A stretch of 63,699 nt of DNA, the filler included, from Euprymna scolopes (Eukaryota), in NCBI GenBank assembly GCA_053919585.1. It is 5 parts of 5 records of this genome, joined end to end, with 100 filler letters (N's around TTAATTAATTAA, not from the genome) between each part and the next. Parts side by side here need not be neighbours in the genome. Positions count along the whole stretch, not along the records: positions 8,165 to 39,242 come from CM132801.1; 4 more parts are not named here. One strand, given 5' to 3'. Positions 13,857-24,460 of the stretch are shown piece after piece. Below the pieces are notes generated by a model, which was not told where the DNA came from, did no database searches, and saw nothing but the letters and a program-made list of their open reading frames with translations. Position 1 is the first letter of the stretch. Each line of letters opens with the position of its first letter. A program made the translations under genes and the position numbers.

Positions 13857-13976
13857 TGATATATCGTGTATAACACTAAGCAAGCGTTCAACAACCACCT
13901 GTTTTAGTTGGTGTCGGTTTATAAATATGAGCTATCTGCTCATATGTAAATTATACTTAATTTGCATATCACTACA
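13857..13976 (-). repeat. 5' LTR (120 bp)
   Basis: TGTAGTG...TATCA on the minus strand, followed by A + TGG PBS. Confidence 0.93.
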
Positions 13977-14538
13977 CTAATGAAAAAGAAAAAAAATCTG
14001 ACATTATCTTCAATGAATTAAGAAATGCTGACAATAAATGAAAAAAAAATAGAAGTAAAATATCATTTTTAGGATATTGCGTTTCAAAGAACATATATCA
14101 CCAGCTCAAACCTTAATAGAAAAAAATACTAGAAATATCTATAGCTACAAATAAAAAAGAACTTAAATCTATTGTGTATTGATAAATTTCTAGAGACGAT
14201 ATTTTTCAAAATAAATGGATCTGGCTGCTTCTTTTGGAAATTTAAGAAAACATGCTTAATTCATCTTGAACAGCAAGAAACTTTTGATCGATTAAAATTA
14301 AGTATGGCAAAGAAACCATTTTAAAAAAATTTGAACCCCAAAAAGATATTACGGTAACCATAGATGAAGAGAAGTGGACAGAGTACTAAACCCTGATGGA
14401 CCCCCAACGCCCACTCGATTGAAGTAACTAGGAGAAATAAATCCTAAACAAGAACTACTATATTAATTTATTTTTATTTGGGACTATTATTCTCATCTTT
14501 ATTAGTTGTTGTTTTCATCTTTATTGGTTGTTGTTTTT

Positions 14539-14581
14539 CACGACGTTTCGGCAAATTATTCCTCTGGCCTTCGTCAAGTGG
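14539..14581 (-). ncRNA. Minimal type I hammerhead ribozyme (C3U variant)
   Basis: Minus strand: cac-TTGACGA-A-GGCC-agaggaataatt-TGCC-GAAA-C-GTC-gtg. Confidence 0.75.
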
Positions 14582-14955
14582 TAACCGCGATGGATAGGAA
14601 CTTTGAATCTCCTAACTGCATTCTCAGCAATCACTGCCATCCGTAGTTGTTGTCGTCTCACCACGTTTTTGGCCAAGTAAACCTCTAGCATGCTTTAGGT
14701 AGGATTGAAACTGCTATCTCCAGACAATGCCCATCTGGAAAACCAACAACCAATAAAGATGAAAACAACAACTAATAAAGATGACAATACTAGTCTGAAA
14801 TAAAAATAAAGTAATATATATAATGCTCCTCTCAAAAATGAATTCCAATTAAGGAATAATATATATACCAATCGGTACGGACTCGACTATGGAAGATCAG
14901 ATAATAAATAAACGTGGATTTATAAGATCAAAGAATCCAACCTTGATCGCCCTTC

Positions 14956-15045
14956 GGGGCCCGTGGCGCAGTTGATAGAGACATTGAATCTCTACGGTTC
15001 CAGATGGGCATTGTCTGAAGATAGCGTTTTTTAATCCTACCCAAA
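14956..15045 (+). promoter_or_regulatory. tRNA-derived (Arg-like) Pol III promoter head
   Basis: GGCCCGTGGCGCAGTTGATAGAG.CATTGAATCTCTA resembles the 5' half of tRNA-Arg(TCT); B box degenerate here but reads AGTTTCAATCC in the inverted copy. Confidence 0.6.
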
Positions 15046-15158
15046 GTGTGTCAGAGGTTTACTTGGCCAAAAACGTGGTGAGACGACAACAACTATGGAT
15101 GGCAGTGATTGCTGAGAATGCAGTTAGGAGATTCGAAGTTCCTATCCGTTGCGGTTAC

Positions 15159-15200
15159 CACCTGACGAAGGCCAGAGGAATAGTTGGCCGAAACGTTGTG
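15159..15200 (+). ncRNA. Minimal type I hammerhead ribozyme
   Basis: cac-CTGACGA-A-GGCC-agaggaatagtt-GGCC-GAAA-C-GTT-gtg; stem I CAC/GTG; palindromic helix III ACGT. Confidence 0.85.
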
Positions 15201-15369
15201 AAAAACAAAAACCAATAAAGATGAAAACAACTAATAAAGATGAGAATACTAGTCCGAAATAAAAATAAAGTAATATATATAATGCTCATCTCAAAAATGA
15301 ATTCCAATTAAGGAATAATATATAAAGAACTACTATACAGTCCTGAATTTTTGAGGTGAAGTTTGAATG

Positions 15370-15800
15370 TTCGTATTGTTTTCATTGTTTGGACGATTAT
15401 TATCATCTTGAATGTTTTTGTTATCCCCCCCACTCCGCCCCAAAAAACCTTTTTTGTAGAGTCGCCTCACTTGAACTGTGTTTTCTAGGAAAAAACAAAA
15501 ACACACGTAAGATGTCTAGCCACAGTTTCATAAAAAAATTGTTTTCACTTATAGTGACAAATAGCAGAAGGATTCAGTTAAAAACTGAATCATAGGGAGA
15601 TCTTATATTTATATAATTTATAGACACACCCTCAAGCCCAAGGTCCCATTTCTTGCAATAAAGAGCTAATTCCCTTTTTTTCAGTTGAAAAAAAGAAATG
15701 GAGTTTACGCCTGACAAAGGTCGAAGGTTTCATCGACCGAGACGTTGTGCTAATAACATCCAAGATGAGAATAACTGTCCAAACAATCAAAACAATACAA
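15370..15800 (+). mobile_element. Older Penelope-type terminal remnant with degenerate HHR
   Basis: CTGACAA-A-GGTCG...CGACC-GAGAC-GTT-gtg at 15708-15749; tail 15750-15800 has an inverted copy at ~15370-15425. Confidence 0.6.
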
Positions 15801-17649
15801 AGAACCACAAGATTCCATGAAAATACAGAAAAAAAGCATATGTTGTTAGATGCTCACATGCAATGCAAATGTTAATTACAAAGTCTCAATGGTGGCGACA
15901 CACCACTTGGAGATAAATATAAGAACAAACTCGTTTTAGTTGCTGACCATTGTTTAAGAATTGGTTGACGCCATCAGAAAGATGGCCTAGCAGGAAAACC
16001 CATTAAGTTTTTAAAATCATGCTCAGAATGAAAGTGCATTAGACAATCTGATCACTTTGCAAATCATGCTAATAAGAGACAGTTTTGATTCATGAATTAC
16101 TCCCATATGGAGGATGAAAATACAACACATTGCAACAGTAGGGCGTTTTCATGTTAAAGCAAGATATCTCTAAGGGAGATAATTCAGGTCTAACACCCGG
16201 ATCAGTAGGGATGAAGATAGTTTGACACTCCAAATTCAGCTTCATGTTGTTGATCAAAATGGATGATTAATTTCATTAGCTTTTAAAAAGTTTGGTTTAT
16301 GGCGACGCTAAACTGAAGTTTACGGCAAAAACCGAATAAGATTATTTTACGTCATGAAGAGTATGCTAGGATTTCATTTATTTTAATATATTCTTTTAAA
16401 ACTTGGTGATAGTTCATGTGGCTTTTATAGTATATGATCTAGGAGTAAAAGGGATATAATTTTGGGTAACATTATTCTTATTAAAATCATCCATGGGAGA
16501 AAAATGTATGTTAAACTACAACAGCAAACTGCACTACTCCAACTAAACATTGAATTAAAATGTCAAAACTTTTTAAGTGAGTTTTTCTAGAGTGTTTGAA
16601 CATTGAAATTCGTTCAAATCAACAAAAAATCAATTTCTTTTTTAAATGGCCACAGATGGTATGATAAATTCCTAGTTCAGCCTATAAATTATTTAAGAGT
16701 GAAACAGTCTTTTAGCTAGAAAATTATCATTATGAGACTTGAATTATTTTTCTAATCTTTTGCTAAACTTGTTTATAAAAAATTGCGACTATATCTTTCC
16801 TGCCTTTCATATAAATAACGAAACTTGCTATAACTTAGAGTTTTTAAAGAGTTTCTTTTTTTATTATTAAAACATTGTTTAAGTTAATTGTTTAGGAGTA
16901 ATGCTACAACCCATTTCACTCAAGGTAATTTAGTTAATTCAGTTACTCAAATTATTTAGAGTGAAAGGGGTTTCAGCACTATTCCCAAACAACTTATTAT
17001 TACTTAAAAACAAAACAAAAAAACAAAAAACAACAACAACAAATCGATTAAAAACTGTAATTAGTTGAATTGTATCCGACAACATTAACTTAACATTCAT
17101 TTTTAGAAAACATGGCGGTACTCAGAAAATTTGAAGAAAACGTATTTTCAGTCTTTTCATTCTTTGCCTTTCATCTATATTTTAAACTAAATTATTCATT
17201 TTTAGACAATTCATGAGCTTATATTTGCTAAATTCAACTTTTATCTTTCTCATTTTTACATGTGCCTTCCATTTCACAAAGTGGTCTTTCTATACTTGTT
17301 TTGTCTGCCTATTTTATAAAAGCATGTGCAGCTTTATTTCAATATTTGATGTCGATATTTTTTAAAAGCTAAAAATCTTGTGTAGATAGTGACTTTTGCA
17401 AGTTTCTCACAAATGGGTTGAACCAGTGTTATAATTTCCTTATTAAAATGACTTTCTCTTTATTTGCATATCTCCTCTCACATGATCTTGCTGTTTGCTC
17501 TCTCTTTATTTTCTTATTTGAATATTTTTTTTAATAACATGCATTCCTGGCCACTTGCCATTTTTGCCGTTGTAAAATTCAGTTGAATAAAACCTTGGAA
17601 AAAAGGTCTTTCTGCTTGTGTCTCAGTACATTACAATTTATTCAACTGA

Positions 17650-17912
17650 ATAAGGGTGCTGGAGGTAAACGTTTTCCTAGACTGACGTTATCCACCTGAT
17701 AATCAGGGACCCAAACCTCCCAACGTGGCCGCCATATCAGCAGGTGCATAATACTGGGACTGTTGTTTTGCCATTTAGTGAATGGTGTTTTGACCACGCA
17801 ATAGATTCCAGTAGGGCTTCTTGATGCCATAATAGTGGGAACTGCTATGGCTTTTGCTTTTCATTGGTTTACAAAAGTCTTACTTCTCCACTTTCTCCTT
17901 CATCACTATTCC

Positions 17913-17957
<45 letters not shown>

Positions 17958-20900
17958 GTATCTTCTCAGCCTTTCTCCAAACAACTCTGTTGACCTCTTC
18001 TACAACCCCCTAACCTAACTAGGAGCAACAATAAAAAACAAAGCAAGACAAAACCCCAATCTCCAACCTAATGCCCCACTAAGGTCTTCTTCTCTAACAT
18101 CAAGGGTCTACATTCCAATTTTTCAGAAGCTGAAATCCAATTATGGGAGACCAAACCTGACCAACTGTTCTTGTGCAAAACTGGCATAAGCTAAATTGCT
18201 TCTTCAGCCGATTTTTCCATCAAATGATATTCTAGCTTACGTCCAAACCTGATCTTCAAGATCACTATGAACATGAAATATATGCCTACATTAAGGATAG
18301 CTTTCCTTGTGGCAGATACATCTCCAAAGAAGACCCCAATCATCCCTATATGTGCTTTAGATTAGCAATTACTCACAGCACAACATTTATATTTGCCTTC
18401 TACCATTTGCACACTGATTGAGCAGCTATCTTTGAAAGCATCGTTAAGCAAATTGATAATACCCTTTGTCCATCCCTCAGCCAATATCAATATTTGTGGA
18501 GATTTATACTCAAACAAAACCCATCATGTAGAGAGGTTTTGTCATGATTTCTCTCTTGCTTATGATCTAACACAGAACATTAACGAACTCCCTCAGGTAT
18601 TGTATAGCCAGGGTGATATATAGTTGATATATAGACTGAGGCATGTTGTATAGAGGAGTTATCACACAGGGATATATTATGTTATCACATGGGGATATTT
18701 ACATAAAGGTATCCTATTTTATAAGAAGAAGAATATATGCTTCATACCTTTTCTTTATCCAGGAGTTCTGTCTTCACTGCTGAGCTCTGTGATGAAACAT
18801 GCAACGATCAACACCATAACCGATTGAGATACCTGTTTTTTCTTTTGTGAAACCACAGAACAACACTTTATATTTCTAATATATAAATTTATTTCAGCTG
18901 TCTTAGTGGTCTTCACAAGGAGTCTTCATTACGTGTCTACATGCCCCACTTCCCGAACTTTGAAGCCTGTCTGCTCACTTTTATGACCAAACTCAAACTC
19001 CTCAATCTAATCGTCTTGACCTCTTGACCTCTTGACCTCTTGACCTGTTAGTTCCGTTACATCATCATCAAAAGCACACGTCTCCTAACAGGTGACCTCT
19101 GTCACGTATGCAACTGTTGAAGGTCATTTTGTTTATTTAACTTAGCTAATTTATGTAAACATATTCAGCTAAACAATAAATAACTCCCAATCTAAACTAT
19201 TTTAACAATATCACTGGATAGATTGATAAATAGATAGATAGACAGATAGATCGATAATAACTAGTTTAACTTTTAACCATCTTATTATCCAACACAGGTA
19301 TTGGACGCTGACAATTTGCAAGTCTTCGAGACCTTTTTCTAACAAGCCCTGAACTATGCTCATCTTCAGCACCACTCCATTGTCTCAATAAAAATAGAAA
19401 CCAAGTATAACAAACCCCTAAATATCCTTCTCCATTGAACAGTGTGTTCCATGGTTAAAAAGAATGCGTCCACTATAGCATCCAACGTAACTGATTACTT
19501 AACCGTCAGCATAGATAACTACATATCCTCTAAGAAATTCCAAGACTTGGATACCCCTGAATGTGCTGCCACCATTGCTCATGGGAACCACTACTTCTAT
19601 TGTTTTAAACATCATAGATGTTTTGAAACCAACTAAAGTTGCCTTTATAACTACCAACAATCACTTTAGAATAATGATAAAAACAAAAAAAAGTCATATG
19701 CTTAGTTAATCAAGTCCACATTTATCAAGGAACTTGATGCCAGCAAAACAACTGGTTCTGATAATATTCTAGTCATAGTATTCAAAATGCTGCAGCAGGA
19801 GCTAGCATCGATTTTTGCAAAGCTGTTCAAGCGATGCCTAAAAGAGAAATGCTTCCCAACACCTTACAAAACCTCATTAGTCTGCCCAGTATTTAAAAAT
19901 TCTAGAGATCTGTCTTCTGTATCTCAGTACAGGCCAATTAATCTTCTGTGCGTCATGAGTAAGTTGTTTGAATCTGAGATAAATAGAGAAATTGTCAACC
20001 ACCAAAGCCAAAATTTACTACTCAGTGACAAGCAATATGGTTTCAGTTCTGCAAGATCTACAACTGATGTGCTGATTGTAATCTCACACAGGATCAGTGA
20101 ATCTATTGACGGGGGTTTCCTCTCTTGAGCAATAGCTCTTGACATATCAAAGACATTTAACAGGGTTTGGCAGAGGAGTTTACTTCACTAGATTTCTAGC
20201 TATGGAATATCCATAAATGTCTTGTCAACCATCAAATCTGTTTTCTTTAATAGGTTTATACAAGTAGTCGTCGATGGGCAGAAGTTGGAATTCAAAGTAT
20301 TGATACAGGCATGCTTGAGGGATCAGTCCTGGGCCCAACTCTCTTCCTTTTTATTCATCAATGATCTCCCAAATCACATTCTAAGTTCATTTGTTAACAT
20401 ATATGCAGACAATACTATCATTAATGGCAACACTTCAAAAGCCTGTAATAACCAAGATTTCTCTGAGTCTGTCTCCTCCAACCTTGAGCACATGATGCAG
20501 TGGAGCAACAGGTGGCTGGTTAATTTTAACACATCCAACACCAAGCTTTGATCTTTTCACCAATAACGCTCTAATCCCCATCTGGTTCCAGTTGATATAA
20601 ATGAAGTGCCCTACTTTTATTGGGCTGACCTTCATTCCTGACCTGATGTGGAAGACTTACATCAAATCAGTTTCCAGGGTCGCTGGAAAAATGGTTATGT
20701 CATTCTACCACTCCAGTAGATATTTCGCTTTTGTATAAGAGCCAGGTACGTCCTTAAATAGAGTGCTGTTGCCACATTTGTGGAGGAGCTTCTTGAATAC
20801 CCTATCCTACCTTGACAGAGTTCAAAATCGGCTTTGCAATCTGATAGGCAATTTAACCCTTTCCCACAGAAGAGACATTGCAAGCCTTGCTCTGCTCTAT

Positions 20901-21278
20901 CATTATTTTCATGGCAGATGTTCAACCAAACTTCAATTTATGGTCCTCCCATTGCAAATTTTCACATAAAGCACTCGCCAAGCTATAACTACTATCAACA
21001 ATTTCCCCCATTTTTTATCTGTGTCTAAATCCAAACACAGGTTTCATGAACAAAGCTTATTTCTTAGAACTACCCGGCTGTGAAACTCAGTTCCATGAGC
21101 TTGCTTTCCAGCTGACTGCAACATGGTCGTCTTCAAGTCAAATGTAAACAAATTCTTGTTGAGCCGTCCCCTTAAATAGTCAACTTCTACCCAATTTCTA
21201 TCACTGTACTCGCATTAACTTTTATCCTCAAGTGGCCTTTGGGCTTTGGTAAGTGGTGACTTCCCAGTAAAAAAAAAA
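17650..21278 (+). mobile_element. Near full-length decayed CR1/L2-group LINE, family A (APE endonuclease + RT)
   Basis: APE start SNIKGLHSNF ~18090 and ANINICGD; RT QYRPINLL, QYGFSSARST, FINDLP, IYADN; 3' UTR and A-tail at ~21270; interrupted by a solo LTR; 5' boundary approximate. Confidence 0.88.
18601..19296. mobile_element. Solo LTR (696 bp) inserted in the LINE endonuclease
   Basis: TGT...ACA ends; TSD GGTAT (18596-18600, 19297-19301); LINE sequence resumes after it; internal (CTTGACCT)4 and (GATA)n. Confidence 0.75.
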
Positions 21279-21522
21279 TTCAAAGCTTTTATGTTCGGTT
21301 TTACTACAATTATAGTATTGTACTTTTTTCTTCTATTTCAAGACTGCATGGTTATTTGCATTGAATCATCACCATGTTCATTTGATTTCAATGACTTTTT
21401 TTTTCAAATTCAATATGGCGTAATGGACAAATATAAAGGTATCTGCTGCTTCTCTTCCAATTTTCGGATTTTTACCATGTCATGCACATTGCAATTCCTT
21501 TTGACGGATTGATTGTTGCTAT

Positions 21523-21614
21523 TTCTTCTGATGAGTTAAGGGCATAATAGATTCACTGATTGATATAATAATTAAGTGATTTACTTTGCGCTACGAAACA
21601 GATACTGTCAAGAA
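21523..21614 (+). ncRNA. Type I hammerhead ribozyme with intact core and long stem II
   Basis: TTCTT-CTGATGA-GT...(~56-nt imperfect hairpin)...AC-GAAA-CAG-ATA-CTG-TC-AAGAA; GUC cleavage triplet at 21607-21609. Confidence 0.88.
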
Positions 21615-21971
21615 TTGTATAAGTCAACTGATTTAAAGGAATAAATTATAAGATGGTCAACATCATGAATTTTGGAATATAACTTTTTGTCATTCATTCT
21701 CTATATTGCTTTGTAATTACATTGAGCTTCTTAAATAAGGATTGATATATAATAAGAAAATATATTTATACAGAACTACATATATAAAAATATATATATA
21801 AATTTATATATATATATATATATATATATAAGTGGTTTTTGTTTTGATTTTTTTTTTAAAACGATAGTAATGTTTATGTCTCCGCCTCGGAAACCAGTGA
21901 TTTTCTAAGAAAGTTGCCCAATTTTATTTGGACGTATTATTTATTTATTTATTATTTTTAAAAACAGTAAT

Positions 21972-22015
21972 CTACGGACACGCGTGTTTCAGAGCCCTAC
22001 TCCTCTTCAGCATAG
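21972..22015 (-). ncRNA. Minimal type I hammerhead ribozyme, intact core
   Basis: CTATG-CTGAAGA-GGAG-TAGGG-CTCT-GAAA-CAC-GC-GTG-TC-CGTAG; palindromic helix III ACACGCGTGT. Confidence 0.9.
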
Positions 22016-22018
22016 CTT

Positions 22019-22092
22019 GACTGTTGGTAGGATTCGAACCTTGGACTTTATGTATTTCAGTCCAGCGTCCTAATCCACTGTGCTATGTTGCC
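22019..22092 (-). promoter_or_regulatory. tRNA-derived Pol III head (not a functional tRNA)
   Basis: GGCAACA-TAGCACAGTGG-ATTAGGACGCTGGACTGAAAT...AA-GGTTCGAATCC-TACC; clear A and B boxes, poor acceptor and anticodon stems. Confidence 0.8.
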
Positions 22093-22140
22093 ATAGACAA
22101 TTTACTGCTTCGTTTGGCAGTGGATTAGGACGCTGGACTG

Positions 22141-22209
<69 letters not shown>

Positions 22210-22619
22210 AGGGATGAAAGGTTGGATATATGTCATTTAGTTCTTTTGCCTTGCCATCCCAAGAGGGAGGGTTATGTAGGGCTTCTGCGTTTCTTTTAGT
22301 TTGCTATCAGGAACCTCCATCTTCACACTGGCTTATTACTTTTGCATGTATGCGTTATTTTATATGGGTTTGGAAATTTTCCATGGGTTGAAAATACTTT
22401 TGAGTTCCTATGTCCATGTCAACCATTTCTTTCTTTGGGGAGTGAGGAGGAAAGCAAATCCCAGCAAAGTGGAGTAGGAAAGAGTGTAAGTACTTATAGC
22501 GATTTTTATTTTAGCGTTTAGTTTGTAGGAATCAATTCAGACTAAGTTGCCACACAGTCCTTTACCAGTAAATGGATTTAAAAATTGGCAGTACATCCTA
22601 CAAATATATATATATATAT

Positions 22620-22760
22620 ATATATAAAGTAGTAGCGTTCGTGAGTGTGTGTGTGTGTCTGTGTGTACAACTCCCAATCATAAAAGAAATATAAAGGCCA
22701 GATGTGTGTACACCTCTTCTGGTCAAGAAATAGTTATGCCCATGTTAGGATACTTCTGTC
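22620..22760 (+). mobile_element. Helitron-like 5' fragment (same family as 25202)
   Basis: tatataaagtagtagc..(GT)n..ctgtg..tacaa.tc start is shared with 25205-25260. Confidence 0.45.
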
Positions 22761-23465
22761 AAAGGAGACATTATATTGTATACGTACTTTCAATATATAG
22801 CATTCTTCAAACCACTTTTACATTATTGAGTTACGGTCATTAACATATTACATTAAATGAAATCTATTTAAATGACATTACTTAATCGACATAATAGCTT
22901 TGTTTCAACTGTACTGATTAAAAAAAATGTAATTATTTAGTCTATTTAAATTTCAAGTTATATTTGATTTAACTTATTTTATCTGAAATCTGAAACCGTT
23001 TTATTTTCAAACCAAAACCCTGAAAACCAAAAGGGGAAATAACTGTGATAGTTTCATTGAAAAAATGTTTTAAACGAGCACGTTATTAAATATTTCCTGT
23101 TTTTGTTTTCATTTCGAAATATTATTCTAAGCTGAATTATTATTTTTATTTTTAATTCGGAGGAAATTTTTTTTCACATATCCTTAATTTTTAAGTAACC
23201 TTTTATATTTGTTAGAGAAAAATAATTAAAACTAAAATTTACTTGCATCCTCACGAGGGCAGAGTTAGTCAAAGACACATGTGAACAAAAGCCATCATCC
23301 TCTGCTCTTTTTGTTTATAAAATTTAATCGGTGTTGCCCAGGATTTATTATAATGATTATACCATAGCAAGTGTGTTTAATTGCCTGCGGAACAGATTTT
23401 CTTCATAATTTATTTAATATCTTACATTAAAAATGGTCAATTTTTACGATGTGACCCAGCGTTGT

Positions 23466-24460
23466 TTAACCCCTAGAAAAAAGTGGTCAATGTAAAGTTT
23501 CTTTCCAACTCCTCCAAAAACTTGAAAATGACGACTTTTAATGGTTTTCGATGGTGCTGAAAACGAATATCACATTTAATTTGTGGGCAGATAAGTAGTT
23601 TTCATGATATGAAAAATTACTTTTCCAAAAAGTGGGGGATCAGTCATTTTCCTATATAAATTTAACGTAAAATGGGCACCCACTTTCTAACCACCTAATA
23701 ACTTCTTCGTATCATAAAACAAATTTAACTGTGATATTCCTTTTCAACACCACCGAAAACCGGCGCTGTTTTTTTACTATGAGATTCGTTTATTTTTCAT
23801 AATTTAGGACGTAAATAATGCTGTCAGTAAGCTTACACAAGCGGTTTACAAAAATATATTTTTGTTTTTCATTTTTTTTTTTTGAGATGGGTATTTAATT
23901 ATAGAGTTTGTATAGTTTTTACCTGGTGTTTCTGTAGTTTACTTAACCGCCTCCTAATGTAAACAGAATTTTTGTGAAATGTTAAACTGCAGAGGCACCT
24001 GTTCACAACTATACAAGTTGTATAATGAAAAAAGAAGAAAAACAAAAGTATGCTTTTGTAAACTTACTAACAGTATAATTAGCGTCCTAAATTATGAGAT
24101 GAAAAAATGAACGCATCTCTTAGTAAAAAAAAAAAAAACAGCGCCAATTTTCGAGGGTGCTGAAAACGAACATCACAGTTAAATTTGTTTTATGATATGA
24201 AGAAATTACTAGGTGACCAAAAAGTGGGTGCTCATTTTACGTTAAATTTATATAGGGAAGTGGTCCCCCACTTTTTGAAAAAGTAATTTCTTCATATCAT
24301 GAAAACTACTTATCTACCCCAAATTTAAACGTAATATTCGTTTTCAGCACCACTGAAAACCATTAAAAGTCGTCATTTAAAAGTTTTTGGGGTAGTTGGA
24401 AAGAAACTTGACATTGACCAAAAAAATTAGGACGTGGTTTTTTGTGGCCTAATACGTTTA
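23466..24460. mobile_element. Foldback/MITE-like element with ~370-bp inverted arms
   Basis: ~23480-23850 is the reverse complement of ~24050-24420 (e.g. tggtcaatgtaaagtttctttccaact / agttggaaagaaacttgacattgacca). Confidence 0.8.

Larger units (their letters stand above)
9965..13976 (-). mobile_element. Full-length defective Ty3/Gypsy LTR retrotransposon (Mag-like)
   Basis: Two ~90%-identical TG...CA LTRs; 5-bp TSD CTAAT (9960-9964, 13977-13981); PBS TGGTGTGGACGATAGG; gag-PR-RT-RH-INT order. Confidence 0.95.
8165..14440 (+). mobile_element. Old degenerate Ty3/Gypsy (Mag-like) element, split by the nested element at 9965-13976
   Basis: LTR end ...ACAACA(8218) then ATGGCTTCGCCTATAGG (PBS/gag start); gag similar to the nested element (GLFMATVGCNTIMKV...LVVAERTKFM); RT resumes after 13981 (ISFLGY..SK; KDITVTID). 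Confidence 0.75.
14463..15324 (+). mobile_element. Non-autonomous tRNA-headed hammerhead retroelement with Penelope-type inverted + direct termini
   Basis: 13-bp TSD AAGAACTACTATA (14450-14462, 15325-15337); 14463-14740 is an inverted copy of ~14998-15272; 14741-14868 is a direct copy of 15201-15324; contains a tRNA-like head and two HHR copies. Confidence 0.88.
21831..22145 (-). mobile_element. tRNA-hammerhead SINE-like element inserted in (TA)n
   Basis: tRNA-like head directly followed by an HHR and an AT-rich tail; inverted partial copy of the head at 22118-22145; (TA)n on both sides. Confidence 0.85.

Noticed and set aside
13981-14450. Initially read as Penelope RT hosting the HHR element
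   Set aside because: Translates as a continuation of the old Gypsy RT/RNase H (ISFLGY, KDITVTID)
17100-17580. Coding-like stretch on the minus strand
   Set aside because: Multiple stops, no recognisable motif or splice structure; probably a decayed TE
22019-22092. Possible tRNA-Phe/Ser gene
   Set aside because: Acceptor and anticodon stems do not pair well and it is fused to an HHR; treated as a SINE head
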